From contig CBDUPA010000003.1 in the NCBI GenBank assembly GCA_965368975.1, positions 160,001-224,000 of the forward strand: DNA of 64,000 bases. The letters run 5' to 3'. The stretch is from an uncultured bacterium. Lineage in GTDB: Bacteria > Acidobacteriota > Thermoanaerobaculia > Multivoradales > JAHZIX01. Below the pieces are notes generated by a model. That model saw only the letters and a program-made list of their open reading frames with translations, made no database searches and had not been told where the DNA came from. A program made the translations under genes and the position numbers. Shown here piece after piece: positions 29,101 to 39,700 of this stretch (its first letter is position 1; the number at the start of each line of letters is the position of its first letter).

Positions 29101-31365
29101 CGGAGAGCGGGTGGCGACCACTTCGACGCCAACAAAAGGCAGACCATCGACGTCTTTCACAGTGCCCTCGATCCGCGGGTGCGGCACCAGTTGGAAGTCG
29201 ATACCGGGAGTCACGGAAGACTGTGCCTCGAGCGGTTCACCGTCTAGTGGCTGGCAGCGGCTGTCTCTGATGTCGGTTGTGTACAGCGGACAAGTCTTGC
29301 CGCCGTAGAGCTGATCTTCATGGGTGCGTGAGCTGTCGGTGTACAGGAAGTAGGTAGTGCCCGGCTCGGTAACCAGCAGGTAGCTGCCGTCGTCTGCGGT
29401 GCGTGTGAAGACAGTTCTAGATCGGTCCGGGTCAAAGGCCAGCACCAAGCGCTCGGCCAGCGGAGTCCCTTCGGTGTCGGTGACGCGGCCCGCGAAGGCC
29501 GAGCCGCTGAAGGCGTCAGCCTCCGATTGCATCCGGAAATCGGCACGCAGACTCGGATAGTGGCGGCCAGTGCGTTGCAGGTCGATGACGGTCAAGCCGA
29601 CGAGCTGAGTCAGAGGACAGCTGTCCGGCGGGCACTCGGCACCGTCGAAGAGCTGCGTCACAAACCCATCGGCGCTCACCTGGAGCAAGTAGCTCCAGGC
29701 CGGCAAGTTGCGCAGAATGTAGTTGCCGTCGGCATCGGTGCTCGTGGTGCGGATGAACTGAGAGTCCCGGTCACCCTCCAAGAGCTGGAGTCGAGCGCCC
29801 TCCACAGCCTGCCCATGACTATCCGTTACGCGTCCGTAGATGTGGATGTCGTCGGTCAAGAAGACATCGATGCCCGAGCTTTCCTGGCCGGCCTGGACTT
29901 GAACCGCCTGGCCTTGCAACGGATCGCAACCGGTGGGGCAAGGAACGCCACCGTAGAGCGTACCGTCCGCCGATTGAGTGTCTCGATTGACCTGGACGAA
30001 GTACTCGCCAGTGGGCATGCCCGCCAAGCGGTACGAACCGTCGAGTGTCAGGCGACTCGCGTACAAGCGCCCCTGCTCGTCGTAGACGCGCACCACGATT
30101 ACTTGCAGCGAACTCGGTGGGGTCGCGGGAGTACCATCGGCATTGAAGATCTGACCGCTAATTGCGCCGCCGCGGGCGAGCTGGAGGTCGATGCCGTTCA
30201 GGTGACTGCCGGTACGCAAGGGAAGGACCGTTCCGATCTGTTCGGTGCCGCAGAACCTGGAATCCAGCTCCAGCTGAATGTCGTCGTACGCTTCGTTGAT
30301 GTGTTCGCGGGCCTGGCGCGAGTGGAGGTAGGCATCCTGAACGTCGAAGCCCGGCGAAAAGGCGGGCGTTCTGCCGAGTCGGTAGTCACCGGTCTCCGCA
30401 TCGGTCAAGGTCGAGGCGATGAAGAAACCGAAATCTCGATTGCACAAGGCGACCTGCGCTCTCAGTGGTGAACCGTCCTCATCGCTGGTGATCTTGCCGG
30501 CGACAGTCGGAGGGCTACCCGCGCGTATCTGGTACTCACCTGCCGCCGCCGCATCGAAGCCAGCGAGTCGGATCAGAACCTCGTCGCCGGCTGGTAACAG
30601 GAGGGAAGCGATACCTTGAAGGCCGACACTGTCGTCGCTGCAGGTGACTTCATTGCTGGCTCCGAAGACCTGGTTAACGCCGAAACCAGGACAGCTCCGG
30701 TGTACGGAGACGGTAGTGTCGAAATCGGAACCGAGGCTGCTGAAGCTCACGAAGCCGGTCTCGAGCGCCGTGTAACGGAACCAAACGTCACGCCCTCCGG
30801 CTGCGCTACAGTTGCTCTCACCGTCAGCAGTGGCTTCGCTCAGGTTGCCAGTACGAATCTGGCCGAGCGCGAGCGAAAGGGCATTGGCGCAATCGTCGTT
30901 GGTCGGGGCTACCTTGTCACTCATCCCTGTCCGGCTACCGGAGGTGACCGGTAGTTCTCCCGCGGTGGGCAGCTGCTCGAGAGCCTCGAATCGGCCTTCC
31001 TGGAAGAACTCGACAGCCAACCGGAAGTTGTGCGCCAGGGCGCGCAGGGCGTCCACCTTGGCCGGCGGTAGGCCGGAGGCCAGCAGCTCATCGAGCTGAT
31101 GATCGAGCTGCGCAACCCGTGTTCGCCAGGTGGCGAGCTGTTCTGCCCCGTCCTTGTCGGTGGGCTCGGTGTCGCGAACCTCGACCAGCCAGCCCTGGAG
31201 CTGCCGATCGAGTTCCTGTAGTTCGAGGTGGCTGGTTCGCTGCCCTGGCTGTACCTCCTGGGCTGCGATTGGCAAAGTCGCGAGGCACAGGAGCAGCAGG
31301 ACGAGTACCGGCAGGAAGGTAGTCGGGGCTGCACGGAAAAGGCGAGGGAGATGAGTCTTAGGCAT
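26173..31365 (-). CDS. Array paralog 4 (long type, ~1730 aa)
   Basis: Probable ATG 31365 (GGAG RBS), signal peptide, PTNDDCANA, 13 modules. Ends QRADFSLRSVLAPN. Confidence 0.85.
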   Translation of the reverse strand: MPKTHLPRLFRAAPTTFLPVLVLLLLCLATLPIAAQEVQPGQRTSHLELQELDRQLQGWLVEVRDTEPTDKDGAEQLATWRTRVAQLDHQLDELLASGLPPAKVDALRALAHNFRLAVEFFQEGRFEALEQLPTAGELPVTSGSRTGMSDKVAPTNDDCANALSLALGQIRTGNLSEATADGESNCSAAGGRDVWFRYTALETGFVSFSSLGSDFDTTVSVHRSCPGFGVNQVFGASNEVTCSDDSVGLQGIASLLLPAGDEVLIRLAGFDAAAAGEYQIRAGSPPTVAGKITSDEDGSPLRAQVALCNRDFGFFIASTLTDAETGDYRLGRTPAFSPGFDVQDAYLHSRQAREHINEAYDDIQLELDSRFCGTEQIGTVLPLRTGSHLNGIDLQLARGGAISGQIFNADGTPATPPSSLQVIVVRVYDEQGRLYASRLTLDGSYRLAGMPTGEYFVQVNRDTQSADGTLYGGVPCPTGCDPLQGQAVQVQAGQESSGIDVFLTDDIHIYGRVTDSHGQAVEGARLQLLEGDRDSQFIRTTSTDADGNYILRNLPAWSYLLQVSADGFVTQLFDGAECPPDSCPLTQLVGLTVIDLQRTGRHYPSLRADFRMQSEADAFSGSAFAGRVTDTEGTPLAERLVLAFDPDRSRTVFTRTADDGSYLLVTEPGTTYFLYTDSSRTHEDQLYGGKTCPLYTTDIRDSRCQPLDGEPLEAQSSVTPGIDFQLVPHPRIEGTVKDVDGLPFVGVEVVATRSPEYRPFPTLTNQTTTDAEGRYSLPVPAGDHFLYFSKGIMPQVLGAPPCDDLFNVFSCPTEGATAVAVEAADVTGVDLQARGFGTLTGRVLDMAGQPVSDGSVLLRNDLGVVLGSGTPNLQGEYEIGGIPVGKHWLEYSGAGWVGELYDNLPCLPSCPPLEQGLAVNFTGSRVPQTGFDFQLDALAVLHARFVDATNGAKLSDPDLQLWHAGSGEPAHVLRRTVDGEFEFFDIQPGSYRLSASRFGYNGQIYGGSACTETCTSAPDGDILHIGLGDVISGIEFRLVPFGAISGRITGAFTGRGTSSDIVVWASTGQQVTTASSSQFADGNYTTRALPDGFYYVGATNRNQMPRLFPDVDCPDGFDRAPCMRGPGSDALLVEVVNGRLTANIDLVLTPLSTGLRGDVRTADSQPIDGVHVDIWDASTGAHVERIEVTSSNFAAELPPGGYFVSTHNDRGWRDEVYRGVICAEGSAWLGRCDPSSGTAVEVASPAFPFVSFRLTQRSARGDVPETSTPVQALRIPIGSSGAGPAASSSQATSRIHGTVTDRSGTPLQDIEVLLQSLFGNILTSTSTQADGSYLLDNLEPGYYVLVARSVSASAPYVEQIFDGIDCTPVCSNRSFDLRFDGGTPVPLAADSSVEDIDFRLRAGGLITGRVFTSGQRTGTNEPVPSGQVRFQNADGSLSGWLNIAADGTFASSPLPPGRYYLTAVSFGFEAQNYDRIPCPLDYTIAFRPFSCDPTQGRPVHVRAGQTTSSIDFYLRPWARISGYLYDAVSGEPLPGMTIEAVAPAFEQSWRTRSNRAGRYILDNLPVGTYFLRTLGAGGENYANVLYDGLSCRGACEPTKGKPILGDPGVDRTINLYLPRSPLRVFGTVRNAASGAVLHNIRVEVYDANGALVATTYSNFDGSYLINLPPGQYHVLTDNNLGFVDQVYPNQECPIVDGSSACDPGSGTPLTLDFETGQRADFSLRSVLAPN

Positions 31366-31508
31366 CGGGAGATTCTCCGGTTCGATGGGGGTTCCTGCTT
31401 GCTCCGATTCTCCTTGAGATCGGGATGACCTCACGGGACCTCCGAAAGGCGGTTCTATGTGTGTCCAAATCACTTTCTCATGCAGGTGCCGCTAGTAGGC
31501 TTCATGAG

Positions 31509-31538
31509 GTAGGCGCAAGACTCGCGGGAACGGGATCA
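31509..31538 (-). promoter_or_regulatory. Conserved upstream motif, copy B (TGATCCCG-N10-TCTTGCGCCTAC)
   Basis: Matches 25970-25999 within otherwise diverged intergenic DNA. Confidence 0.55.
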
Positions 31539-31574
31539 CCGGCAAGTCCGCGCCAGGAGGTGCTGAGTCCGCGG

Positions 31575-34500
31575 TCACGGCGCCAGCACGCTGCGCAAGG
31601 CGAAATCGGCGCGTTGACCGGTCTCGAAGTCGAGGGCAACCGGAGTGCCCGCGGTGGGATCGCAGACGTCGGCGCACTCCTGATCTGGGTACGCCTGATC
31701 AACGAAGCTCAGATCGTTCGACGTCACGACGTGGTACTGGCCGGGCGGCAGGTCGAAGCGGTACTCGCCGTCGTCTTCGCTGAAAGTCCAGTCCACGAGG
31801 GTGCCGGCGAGATCGTAGACCTCGATCCGGACGTTGCCCAGCGGGGCGCCGCTGACGGCGCTGCGAAGGGTGCCGAAGAGGTGTAGTGGCCGGCGGGGCA
31901 GTTGCAGGTCGATGCGCTGGCGGACGCCGGCACTGACGGAGATCGTCGTACCTTTGGTGGGTTCGCAGGGTTCCTGGCAGGTCAAGCCCTGGAACAGCAC
32001 GTTGCTGTGGTCGCTCGGACTGAAGAGGGTGTTCTCGAGTTGGGTTGCGAGGACGTAGTCGCCGTCGAACAGACCCTCGAAGACGTAGCGCCCGGCGCGG
32101 TTGCTCACGACCTGGTAGGTGACGGTGCCACGCTCGCGAACCATCTGTAGCGGGACAAAGGGCAGAGGCTCGCCGCTCACCGCGTCGGTAACGAAGCCGG
32201 TGACCACGCCGGCCGGGCGCAGGAAGAAGTCGACGCCGCTGGTGGTCTGGTTCGGGCGCACTCGCGCCGGGCGGCCGTTGGTGAGGGTGCAGCTGAACGG
32301 CCGCGAGGGCACGTCGGCGTCGCGCGGGCAGGGGATGCGGCTGTAGTTCTGGGCTTCGAAGTTGCCACCATAGGCGGTGAGGAAGTAAGAACCGGGGGGC
32401 AGAATCGGGGTGCTGAATGTGCCGTCGCTGGCGGTCTCGAGGAAGCCGTAGACGGAGAGATCGGCGTTCTCGAAGCGCACGGTGATCCCGGCGAGTGGGT
32501 ATTCGCTGGCGGTTGACGCAGCGTCGCTGAGTACGCGGCCGGTGAGGATGCCGCCGGGGCGTAGTCGGAAGTCGATGCCGTCGATCTGCGCTCCTTCGGA
32601 CACCGGCACCGGGGTACCGCCATGCCTCGTGTAGTCGAAGTCGTAACCCTGGTTGCACAGCCAAGCGCAGTCGGCGCCGTCGAAGACCTGGCGTACGAAC
32701 AGAGTCTCGCCCGTCAACGAACGCGCTTCGAACAGGTAAATGCCGCTGTTGACGGCGGTGAAGTGATAGCTGCCGTCGGTTTCGGTGAGAGTGCTGGTCA
32801 CTTCGTGACCGGAGAAGCCACGCTGGACTACCTGGATGCCTTTCAGGGGTTGGCCCGTGATGTCGGTCACGGTGCCGCTGATGGTTGCGGTGGCTTTGCT
32901 GCTCGTTGGGTTGCTCGGTTCTTGGTGCGTCGGCAGCGGTAGCGCAGAGGGCAAAGCTGTGCCATCGTTGTGCGAGCCGCGGCCACGGGCGAGCGTGAGA
33001 GTGATCGATGGGAACCGGGCGCTGCCGACCTGCACCGGTGTGCCGAGCGCCGGATCACACCCTTCTTGCCGGGCCGAGCCAGCTGGGCAGCCCACGTTGT
33101 CGAACACCTCGTCGATCAAGCCCAGTTCGTTGTGCGTCGAGACGAAGTAGCCACCTGGTGGCAGCTCGAAGGAGAAGCGCGCCGAGGCGTCGGTCTCGCC
33201 CTGGGCGGTCAGGACGCCGGTGCGGGCGTCCCAGACGTCGATGCCGATAGTTCCCGGTAGTGGCCCGCCAGCGGTCTGGAACACGCGGCCGTTCAGGCCG
33301 GTGGTGCGCGGGCTGAGAGTGAAGTCGATCCCGGCGGTGGTGGTGGAGTCGCTTACCGTGACTGCGGCTGCTTGGGGTGGGATGCCGGCGCAGGTACCGC
33401 CTTCGAGGCCGTCAGGGCAGGCGACGCCGGGATGGAACTGCGGTATTTCCCCGGTCTCGCTCGCGGATGTTTGCCCGGCGCCGACGAAGTATTCGCCGTC
33501 CGGGAGTGGGTCAGTGGTGTAGGTGCCGTCCGCGGGCGAGGTCGATGTCCGCTCAACAACTCTTCCGTCAGGGCTGTACACCCTGACCGACACGCTGACC
33601 GGCTGGCCGGTGAGCGCCTCGGTCACCCGGCCGGCGATGGCGCCGTAGGGGGCGAGGTGGAAGTCGAGGCCGTCGATCTCCTGCTCCAGCGTCACCTCGA
33701 GTTGGGTACCGGCCGGCGTTTCGTCGCTGCAGGCCTCGACGCAGTCAGCGCCGCCGTAGAACTGGCCGTGATACCCGGTGTCGCTGGCCGAAAGGTAGTA
33801 GGTGCCAGGCGGCAGACCTTCGACTTCGAAGTTGCCTTGGAAGTCCGAGCTAATAGTGAGTTGGCTGACGCGCAGGCCGCTGTCGGCGTCCCAGACCTGG
33901 AGGTCCGGCTGGCTCACCGTCCTGCCCGATACCGCGTCCCATACGCGGCCTCTCAGCTTGCCGAGTGCTTCCAGTTCGATGTCGATGCCGGTCAGCGGGG
34001 TGACGCTGCCGTCCAGAACCAGGCTGGTTCCTTGCTGCCAGTCCGGACAGTCGGGCTGGCACAGCAGGCCGTCGTAGAGTTCGTCGCGCCGGGTCGAGAA
34101 GCGGGTGGCCAGCTTGTACTCGCCCGCCAGCAGGTGCGAGAAGTGGAAGGCGCCATCGTCTTGCGGAGACACGATCCGTTCGACCTCGCCCTCACGGACC
34201 GACCACAACACGACACTGTCGAGAAGGTCCGGCCCGTGGCCCTGGGTGTCGGTCACCCGGCCGCTGATGCTGCCCAACGCCCGGGCTCGCAGGTCGACGG
34301 TGAGATCCGCCGTGGTCACAGTGAAGACGGTGGCACCGTCGGTAGGGCAGAAGGAGCCAGGGTTGCACTCCGCGGCACCCGGAATGTGCGGGTGGATGCC
34401 GTTGCTGAAGCTGAGATAGTGATCGCCGGGCGGCACGGGCAGCGTGTAGGTGCCGTCAGTGGCGGTGGAAGTCACATTGGTCGCGGGGTAGAAGGCATCG

Positions 34501-36662
34501 AAAAGAGGTACTCGGGTCGCCGCGACGGAAACGTCCATCAGCGGAGTGCCAGCGACGTCGGTGACCGTGCCACGGATCATCGGGTGGGGGACGAGTTGGA
34601 AGTCGATGCCGGTCAGCGGTGCCGCCGGTGCCACCAGCGGGACCGCGTGCAGCGGATCGCAGCGGTCGTCGTCGATGAATTCGGCGTACCCGGGGCAGGG
34701 TTGTCCCCCGTACACCTGGTCTTCGTGACTGCGGCCGCTGTTGGTGTAGAGGTAGTAGGTGCGTCCGGCCTCGGTGGGTAGGCGATACGAGCCGTCCGTA
34801 CCGGTGGTGGAGGTCAAGGTACGGTCGGCTTCGGGCTCATACGCCTTGATCTGGCGGTCGGCTAGCGGGTTGCCGCCGCTTTCGGTCAAGCGGCCTTGGA
34901 GGCTCGAGGGATTGACGGGGCGGGGTAGCAGTTCGAAGTCGATCAGCGCGCTCGGATAGTGGCGTCCGGTGGGTTGCAGGTCGACCACCGCGGCGTCGAT
35001 CAGCTCACACTCGCTACCCGGTAGGCAGTTGTGGCTGTCGTAGTACTGGAAGAAGTGACTCTGTGCCGTGGCGTAGAGGAAGAAACCGTAGGCCGGCAGG
35101 TTGCGCAGCAAGTACTCGCCGTTGGCGTCGGTCTCGGTGCGCCGATCCATGAACGGCTGCTGCCGGAGGTCGGCTTGCCGGGCACCGACGGAGGCGCCGG
35201 TGAGCGGCTGGCCATCGGCGTCGGTGACGCGGCCACGGATCTCGACCCAGCTCTCAAGCACGATGTCTACGCCGCTGGTCTCGTGCCCCTGCTCGACGCG
35301 TACCGGCTGACCGGTCAGCGGGTCGCAGGGCCGGGGACAAGCGATGTCGCCATAGAGGAAATCCTTGCCGTCGGCCGGCAGCAAGCGCACGAAGTACTCA
35401 CCCGCAGGAAGGCCATCGAGCTGGTAGTCGCCTTCGAGGCGACTCTTGAGGCGGCCGAACTCGCGGCCGTCTTCGAAGTAGATGCGGATGTCGATTCCAC
35501 CGGCAGGCCGGCCGTCGGCGTAGTGGATCTGGCCGCTCAGGCTACCGCCGCGCGCCAGCGACAGGTCGAGGCCAGAGAGCACTTCGCCGGCCTGCAAGGG
35601 CAGCAGCGCACCGAGCTGCTCGCGGCCGCACGAGGCTTGCAGCCCGGAGGGGCGGGGGAGGTCGTCGTACAGCTCGTCGACATGGCCGGCGGTCTGCCAA
35701 GTGTGCAGATAGGCGGGGCCGGAATCGAGCTGCCTGCCGGGCAGCGCACCGACCCGGTACATGCCGGTGGCATCGCTACCGCCGCTGGCGAGATTGAAGC
35801 CGGTGTCGCGGCTGCACAGCTGAACCCTTGTTTGCAGCGGTGCGCCGTCGCTGTCGCGACTCACCCTGCCCTCGACCAGGGCGCGCTCACCGACGCGCAA
35901 CTGGTAGTTGCCGGTGCTCGTCGGGTCGAAGCCGGCCAGGCGAATGAAGACTTCTTGACCGGCGTCGAGGATGTAGTACGCGGCCGCTTGCAGGCCGTAG
36001 TCGTCGTCGCTGCAGGCGAGCTCGTTGGTAGTGAGACCGGGACAGCCGGAGTGGAGGGAGACCACGGTGTCGAAGCTCGATCCGGAGCTGTCGAAGCCGA
36101 GCGTGCCGCGGGTGTCCGCTCGGTAGCGAAACCAGACGTCGCGCGCGCCGGGTTGACCGCATGTGCCGTCGCCGTCCAAGCCACTCTCGTCCAAACTACC
36201 CGTCACAACCTGCCCGAGCACCAGCGGCTGAGCGGCGAGACAGGTGTCGTTGGCGGGCGCGGCTTTGGATGTCGCCCAGGACGCGATCGGCGCCTGGGCG
36301 CGCAGCTCGGCCAGGCTCGCGGTCTCGCCGCGCTCGTGCATCTCGAGGGCCAGCCGCAGGTTGTGCTGTAGAGCACGCAAGGCATCCAGCTTGCGCGCCG
36401 TGATCGGATCGTCCGTGCGAGTCACGCGCGTTTCTAGCGCTTCGAGTTGCCGCGTTAGCGCCTGGTGCCGGCTCTGCCAAGTACTGCGCAGTGACTTGTC
36501 CGGCGCAGCAGTGTCACGAACCTCGACCAGGAACTGGTGTAACTGCTGATCGAGCTGCTGCAGATCCTGGTGGGGCGTGGCTTGGGCCGCTACGAGCAGA
36601 GGCGCGAGCCCGACGAGCAGGCTACAGAGCAGACGGGCTGGATGGCGAACGGATGAAATCAC
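31575..36662 (-). CDS. Array paralog 5 (long type, 1695 aa)
   Basis: GTG start with GGAGG RBS, signal peptide, PANDTCLAA, 13 modules. Ends QRADFALRSVLAP. Confidence 0.85.
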   Translation of the reverse strand: MISSVRHPARLLCSLLVGLAPLLVAAQATPHQDLQQLDQQLHQFLVEVRDTAAPDKSLRSTWQSRHQALTRQLEALETRVTRTDDPITARKLDALRALQHNLRLALEMHERGETASLAELRAQAPIASWATSKAAPANDTCLAAQPLVLGQVVTGSLDESGLDGDGTCGQPGARDVWFRYRADTRGTLGFDSSGSSFDTVVSLHSGCPGLTTNELACSDDDYGLQAAAYYILDAGQEVFIRLAGFDPTSTGNYQLRVGERALVEGRVSRDSDGAPLQTRVQLCSRDTGFNLASGGSDATGMYRVGALPGRQLDSGPAYLHTWQTAGHVDELYDDLPRPSGLQASCGREQLGALLPLQAGEVLSGLDLSLARGGSLSGQIHYADGRPAGGIDIRIYFEDGREFGRLKSRLEGDYQLDGLPAGEYFVRLLPADGKDFLYGDIACPRPCDPLTGQPVRVEQGHETSGVDIVLESWVEIRGRVTDADGQPLTGASVGARQADLRQQPFMDRRTETDANGEYLLRNLPAYGFFLYATAQSHFFQYYDSHNCLPGSECELIDAAVVDLQPTGRHYPSALIDFELLPRPVNPSSLQGRLTESGGNPLADRQIKAYEPEADRTLTSTTGTDGSYRLPTEAGRTYYLYTNSGRSHEDQVYGGQPCPGYAEFIDDDRCDPLHAVPLVAPAAPLTGIDFQLVPHPMIRGTVTDVAGTPLMDVSVAATRVPLFDAFYPATNVTSTATDGTYTLPVPPGDHYLSFSNGIHPHIPGAAECNPGSFCPTDGATVFTVTTADLTVDLRARALGSISGRVTDTQGHGPDLLDSVVLWSVREGEVERIVSPQDDGAFHFSHLLAGEYKLATRFSTRRDELYDGLLCQPDCPDWQQGTSLVLDGSVTPLTGIDIELEALGKLRGRVWDAVSGRTVSQPDLQVWDADSGLRVSQLTISSDFQGNFEVEGLPPGTYYLSASDTGYHGQFYGGADCVEACSDETPAGTQLEVTLEQEIDGLDFHLAPYGAIAGRVTEALTGQPVSVSVRVYSPDGRVVERTSTSPADGTYTTDPLPDGEYFVGAGQTSASETGEIPQFHPGVACPDGLEGGTCAGIPPQAAAVTVSDSTTTAGIDFTLSPRTTGLNGRVFQTAGGPLPGTIGIDVWDARTGVLTAQGETDASARFSFELPPGGYFVSTHNELGLIDEVFDNVGCPAGSARQEGCDPALGTPVQVGSARFPSITLTLARGRGSHNDGTALPSALPLPTHQEPSNPTSSKATATISGTVTDITGQPLKGIQVVQRGFSGHEVTSTLTETDGSYHFTAVNSGIYLFEARSLTGETLFVRQVFDGADCAWLCNQGYDFDYTRHGGTPVPVSEGAQIDGIDFRLRPGGILTGRVLSDAASTASEYPLAGITVRFENADLSVYGFLETASDGTFSTPILPPGSYFLTAYGGNFEAQNYSRIPCPRDADVPSRPFSCTLTNGRPARVRPNQTTSGVDFFLRPAGVVTGFVTDAVSGEPLPFVPLQMVRERGTVTYQVVSNRAGRYVFEGLFDGDYVLATQLENTLFSPSDHSNVLFQGLTCQEPCEPTKGTTISVSAGVRQRIDLQLPRRPLHLFGTLRSAVSGAPLGNVRIEVYDLAGTLVDWTFSEDDGEYRFDLPPGQYHVVTSNDLSFVDQAYPDQECADVCDPTAGTPVALDFETGQRADFALRSVLAP

Positions 36663-36725
36663 GCAGACCTCCGCAAGGACATGGTGGACGTGTCGAGGTT
36701 GTTTCTCGCAGCAAGGGCTACGAGT

Positions 36726-39700
36726 CTACGGTTCAAGGACGCTGCGCAGTTCGAAGTCGGCGCGCTGGCCTGTCTCGAAGTCGAGAGTCAGCGGCGTGCC
36801 CGCCGTCGGTTCACAGCTGCCGGCACATTCCTGCCCCGGATACGCCTGGTCGAGGAAACCGAGGATGTTACGCGTCGAAACGCGGTACTGGCCAGGTGGC
36901 ACGTCGAGCCGGTAGCTGCCGTCCGGCAGCGTGGTGGTCGTGCCGGCGAACGCACCTGCGATGTCATGAACGTTGACTTCGATACCGGCCAGCGGAGCGC
37001 CGCTGGCGGCGTTGCGCACCGAGCCGAAGAGGCGCAGCGGCAGGTGAGGTAGGTGCAGGTCGATGCGGACGTCGCTCTGAACTTCGATCGGAATGGGACT
37101 GCCTTTGTCGAACTTGCAGAGCTCACGGCAGACGAGTCCGGCATGCAGGACGTTGGCATAGTCGCTCGCCAGCAGGTTGCGGTCGACGTCACTGCCCAGG
37201 TAGTAGGTACCGTTGGTCAGCCCGCTGAAGGAGAAGTGTCCTCCGCGACCACTGCGCACATGAATCGGGGCGTCGCCCGGTCGTTCCAGGCGCAGGAACT
37301 GCCAGGGCAGAGGTTGCCCCGTTTCGAGGTCGAAAATCTGCCCGTGGATACGTCCATTGGGACGGAGAGGGAAATCGACGGACCGCGTTGTCATCCCAGG
37401 GCGAACCCGCACCTGGGTGCCCGTGAAGACATTGCAGCTCAGACGGTTGGGGACGTCGGGGTCCACCGGACAGGGCTGGTTGTCGAAGAGCTGTGTTTCG
37501 TGGCCCTTGTTGTAGGTGGTCAGCTTGTACAAGCCTGGTGGAAGTGCCGGTGTCTCGTAGTGGCCCTGTGCATCGACGGCAAGTGCGCGCGACCAGGACC
37601 CATCGGCGGAATACAGGGTGACACTGGCGCTGCCGATGGAGTTGCCGGTGACAGCGTCGAAGACGCGGCCTGCGATGCGTCCACCCAGGAGGAGGCGGAA
37701 GTCGATGCCACCTATGCTGGCATCCGCGGTCACCGGCACCTGAGTGCCCCGGCGCTGATCAAAGCCGATGGAGCCGGTGCACCAGGGTTCGCAGTCGACA
37801 CCGTCGAAGCTCTGTTCGACATAAGGCGTACTGCCGGCAGGGGAGCGGGCGTCGAAGACGTAGATGCCGGCGTCGAGGCCCGAGAAGCGATATCGCCCGT
37901 CGGCGTCTGTGACGGTAGTGTCGATGAGGGAGCCCCTCTCATCGCCGCGCTCGACTTCGATGCCGGCCAGCGGTTGTCCCGTGCGGCTGCGCACCGTGCC
38001 TTCGACGCTGGCGCCCTGCTGCCTCGGTGAGCCGGGCCGGGCGCCGTCAGCGGTTGGAGTTCGAGAGGTTCGAGGTTGACCGAGAATGAAGTTCACGGAC
38101 GTGAAGTCGCGGCCCAGGGCTGCAACCGGTGTGCCCAGACGGGGTGCGCAGCGACCCTGCAAGGCCGAGCCATCCGGACACGCGACCCCCCGGTGCACCT
38201 CGTCGACGAGACCGAGCTGGTTGTGGGTCGTGACGAAGTAGCTGCTCGGCGGCAGGCTCAGGCTGAAGGAGCCGCCGGGCTGGGTGAAAGCGTGCCCGGC
38301 GTATGCTCCCGTATAAGCGTCCCACGCGTCGATGCGAACACCGACCAAAGACTGGCCTCCCGCAGCCTCGACGGAGCCCCAGATGCCGCTGGCGCGCGGA
38401 GGCAGCACGAAGTCGATGCCGGTCGTGGTCTCCCGAGCCTGGACGGTCACGGGAGTCGCTACGGAGGCAGGGTTCTCGCAGGGAGGTTGCCCGATGCCAT
38501 TGGGACAGCCGACGCCGTCATAGAACGTGGGCTCGTAGGCGCTGCTCGTGCTACCGGCGCTCACGAAGTAGGTGCCGGTCGGCAGCGCTCGCGAACGATA
38601 CTCGCCGTTGCTGAAGGCCGATGCGTTCACCGTATCCACTATCTGCCCGCTGGCGGCAAAGATACGGATCGTCGTCGAGATCCCTCGATCGGTCAGGGCT
38701 TCGCTCACCCGGCCGGTAATGGAACTGTTCGGGGTCAAGTCGAGATCCAGGCCTGTCAGGGTATCCCCGGTCGCGATTGCGAGCCGGTCGCCGCGCAGGA
38801 TCGCGGGTACGGAGCAGGAGTCGACTCCCTCGCAGCGATCGCCCCCATGAACTTGCCCGAAGAAGCCGTTGGCGGTGGCGGTCAAGAAGTAGGTTCCCGG
38901 CTCGACTCCCTCCAGCAGGAAGCGACCATCGTTGCCAGTGAACGCCGAGAAGTTGGTGAGGCTGGCCGTGGAATCCCAGAGGTTGACGGCGGCGCGGTCG
39001 ACCGGCTCACCGGACGCTGCGTCGAGGACCCGGCCGCTGAGGGCCGGCTGTTGCTGCAGGACGAACTCGACCCCGTCTTGCACGACGGCTTCGCCGCTGA
39101 AGGAGAAGATCGTCCCCCCGGTACCGGGACAGTTCCCCTCGCAGGCGATGCCATCGTAGACCTGGTCTTGCCAGTTGGGAGTCTCCGTGAAGACCTGGTA
39201 CTCATGATCGCCTGCCAGCAGGTGGCTGAAGCTGAAGGCGCCGGAGCCGTTGAGGAGAGCCCGCGCGAGCCGGCGCTGCTCGGACACGGACCACAGCCAG
39301 ACCTCACCTTGCGTGACGAGCCGCCCGGCCGCGTCCAGCACGCGTCCGCGCACCGCCCCGCGTGCCAGCGCCCGGATGTCGATGTTGTCGATGTCCGACG
39401 TCTCGACGTGCAACTGTTGGGCCCCGGCGGTCGAACAGGGCTCGCCGTCCTCGTCTGGGCACGGGGCGGCGCCATAGACGTGCAGATGAATCGGGCCGAA
39501 GAAGAGCACGAAGTGATCGCCGGGCGGCACGGGCAGCACATAGGCACCCAGCTCGTCGGTGGCGGCGCTGCCATTCGGGAAGGTGAGGCAGAAGTCGAGA
39601 TCCGTCTCATTGCATGCCACGACACTGACGTTCTCCATCGGCCGACCTGCGATATCGGTGACCCTGCCCTGGATTCGCGGCAACGACCGGAGCTGGAAGT

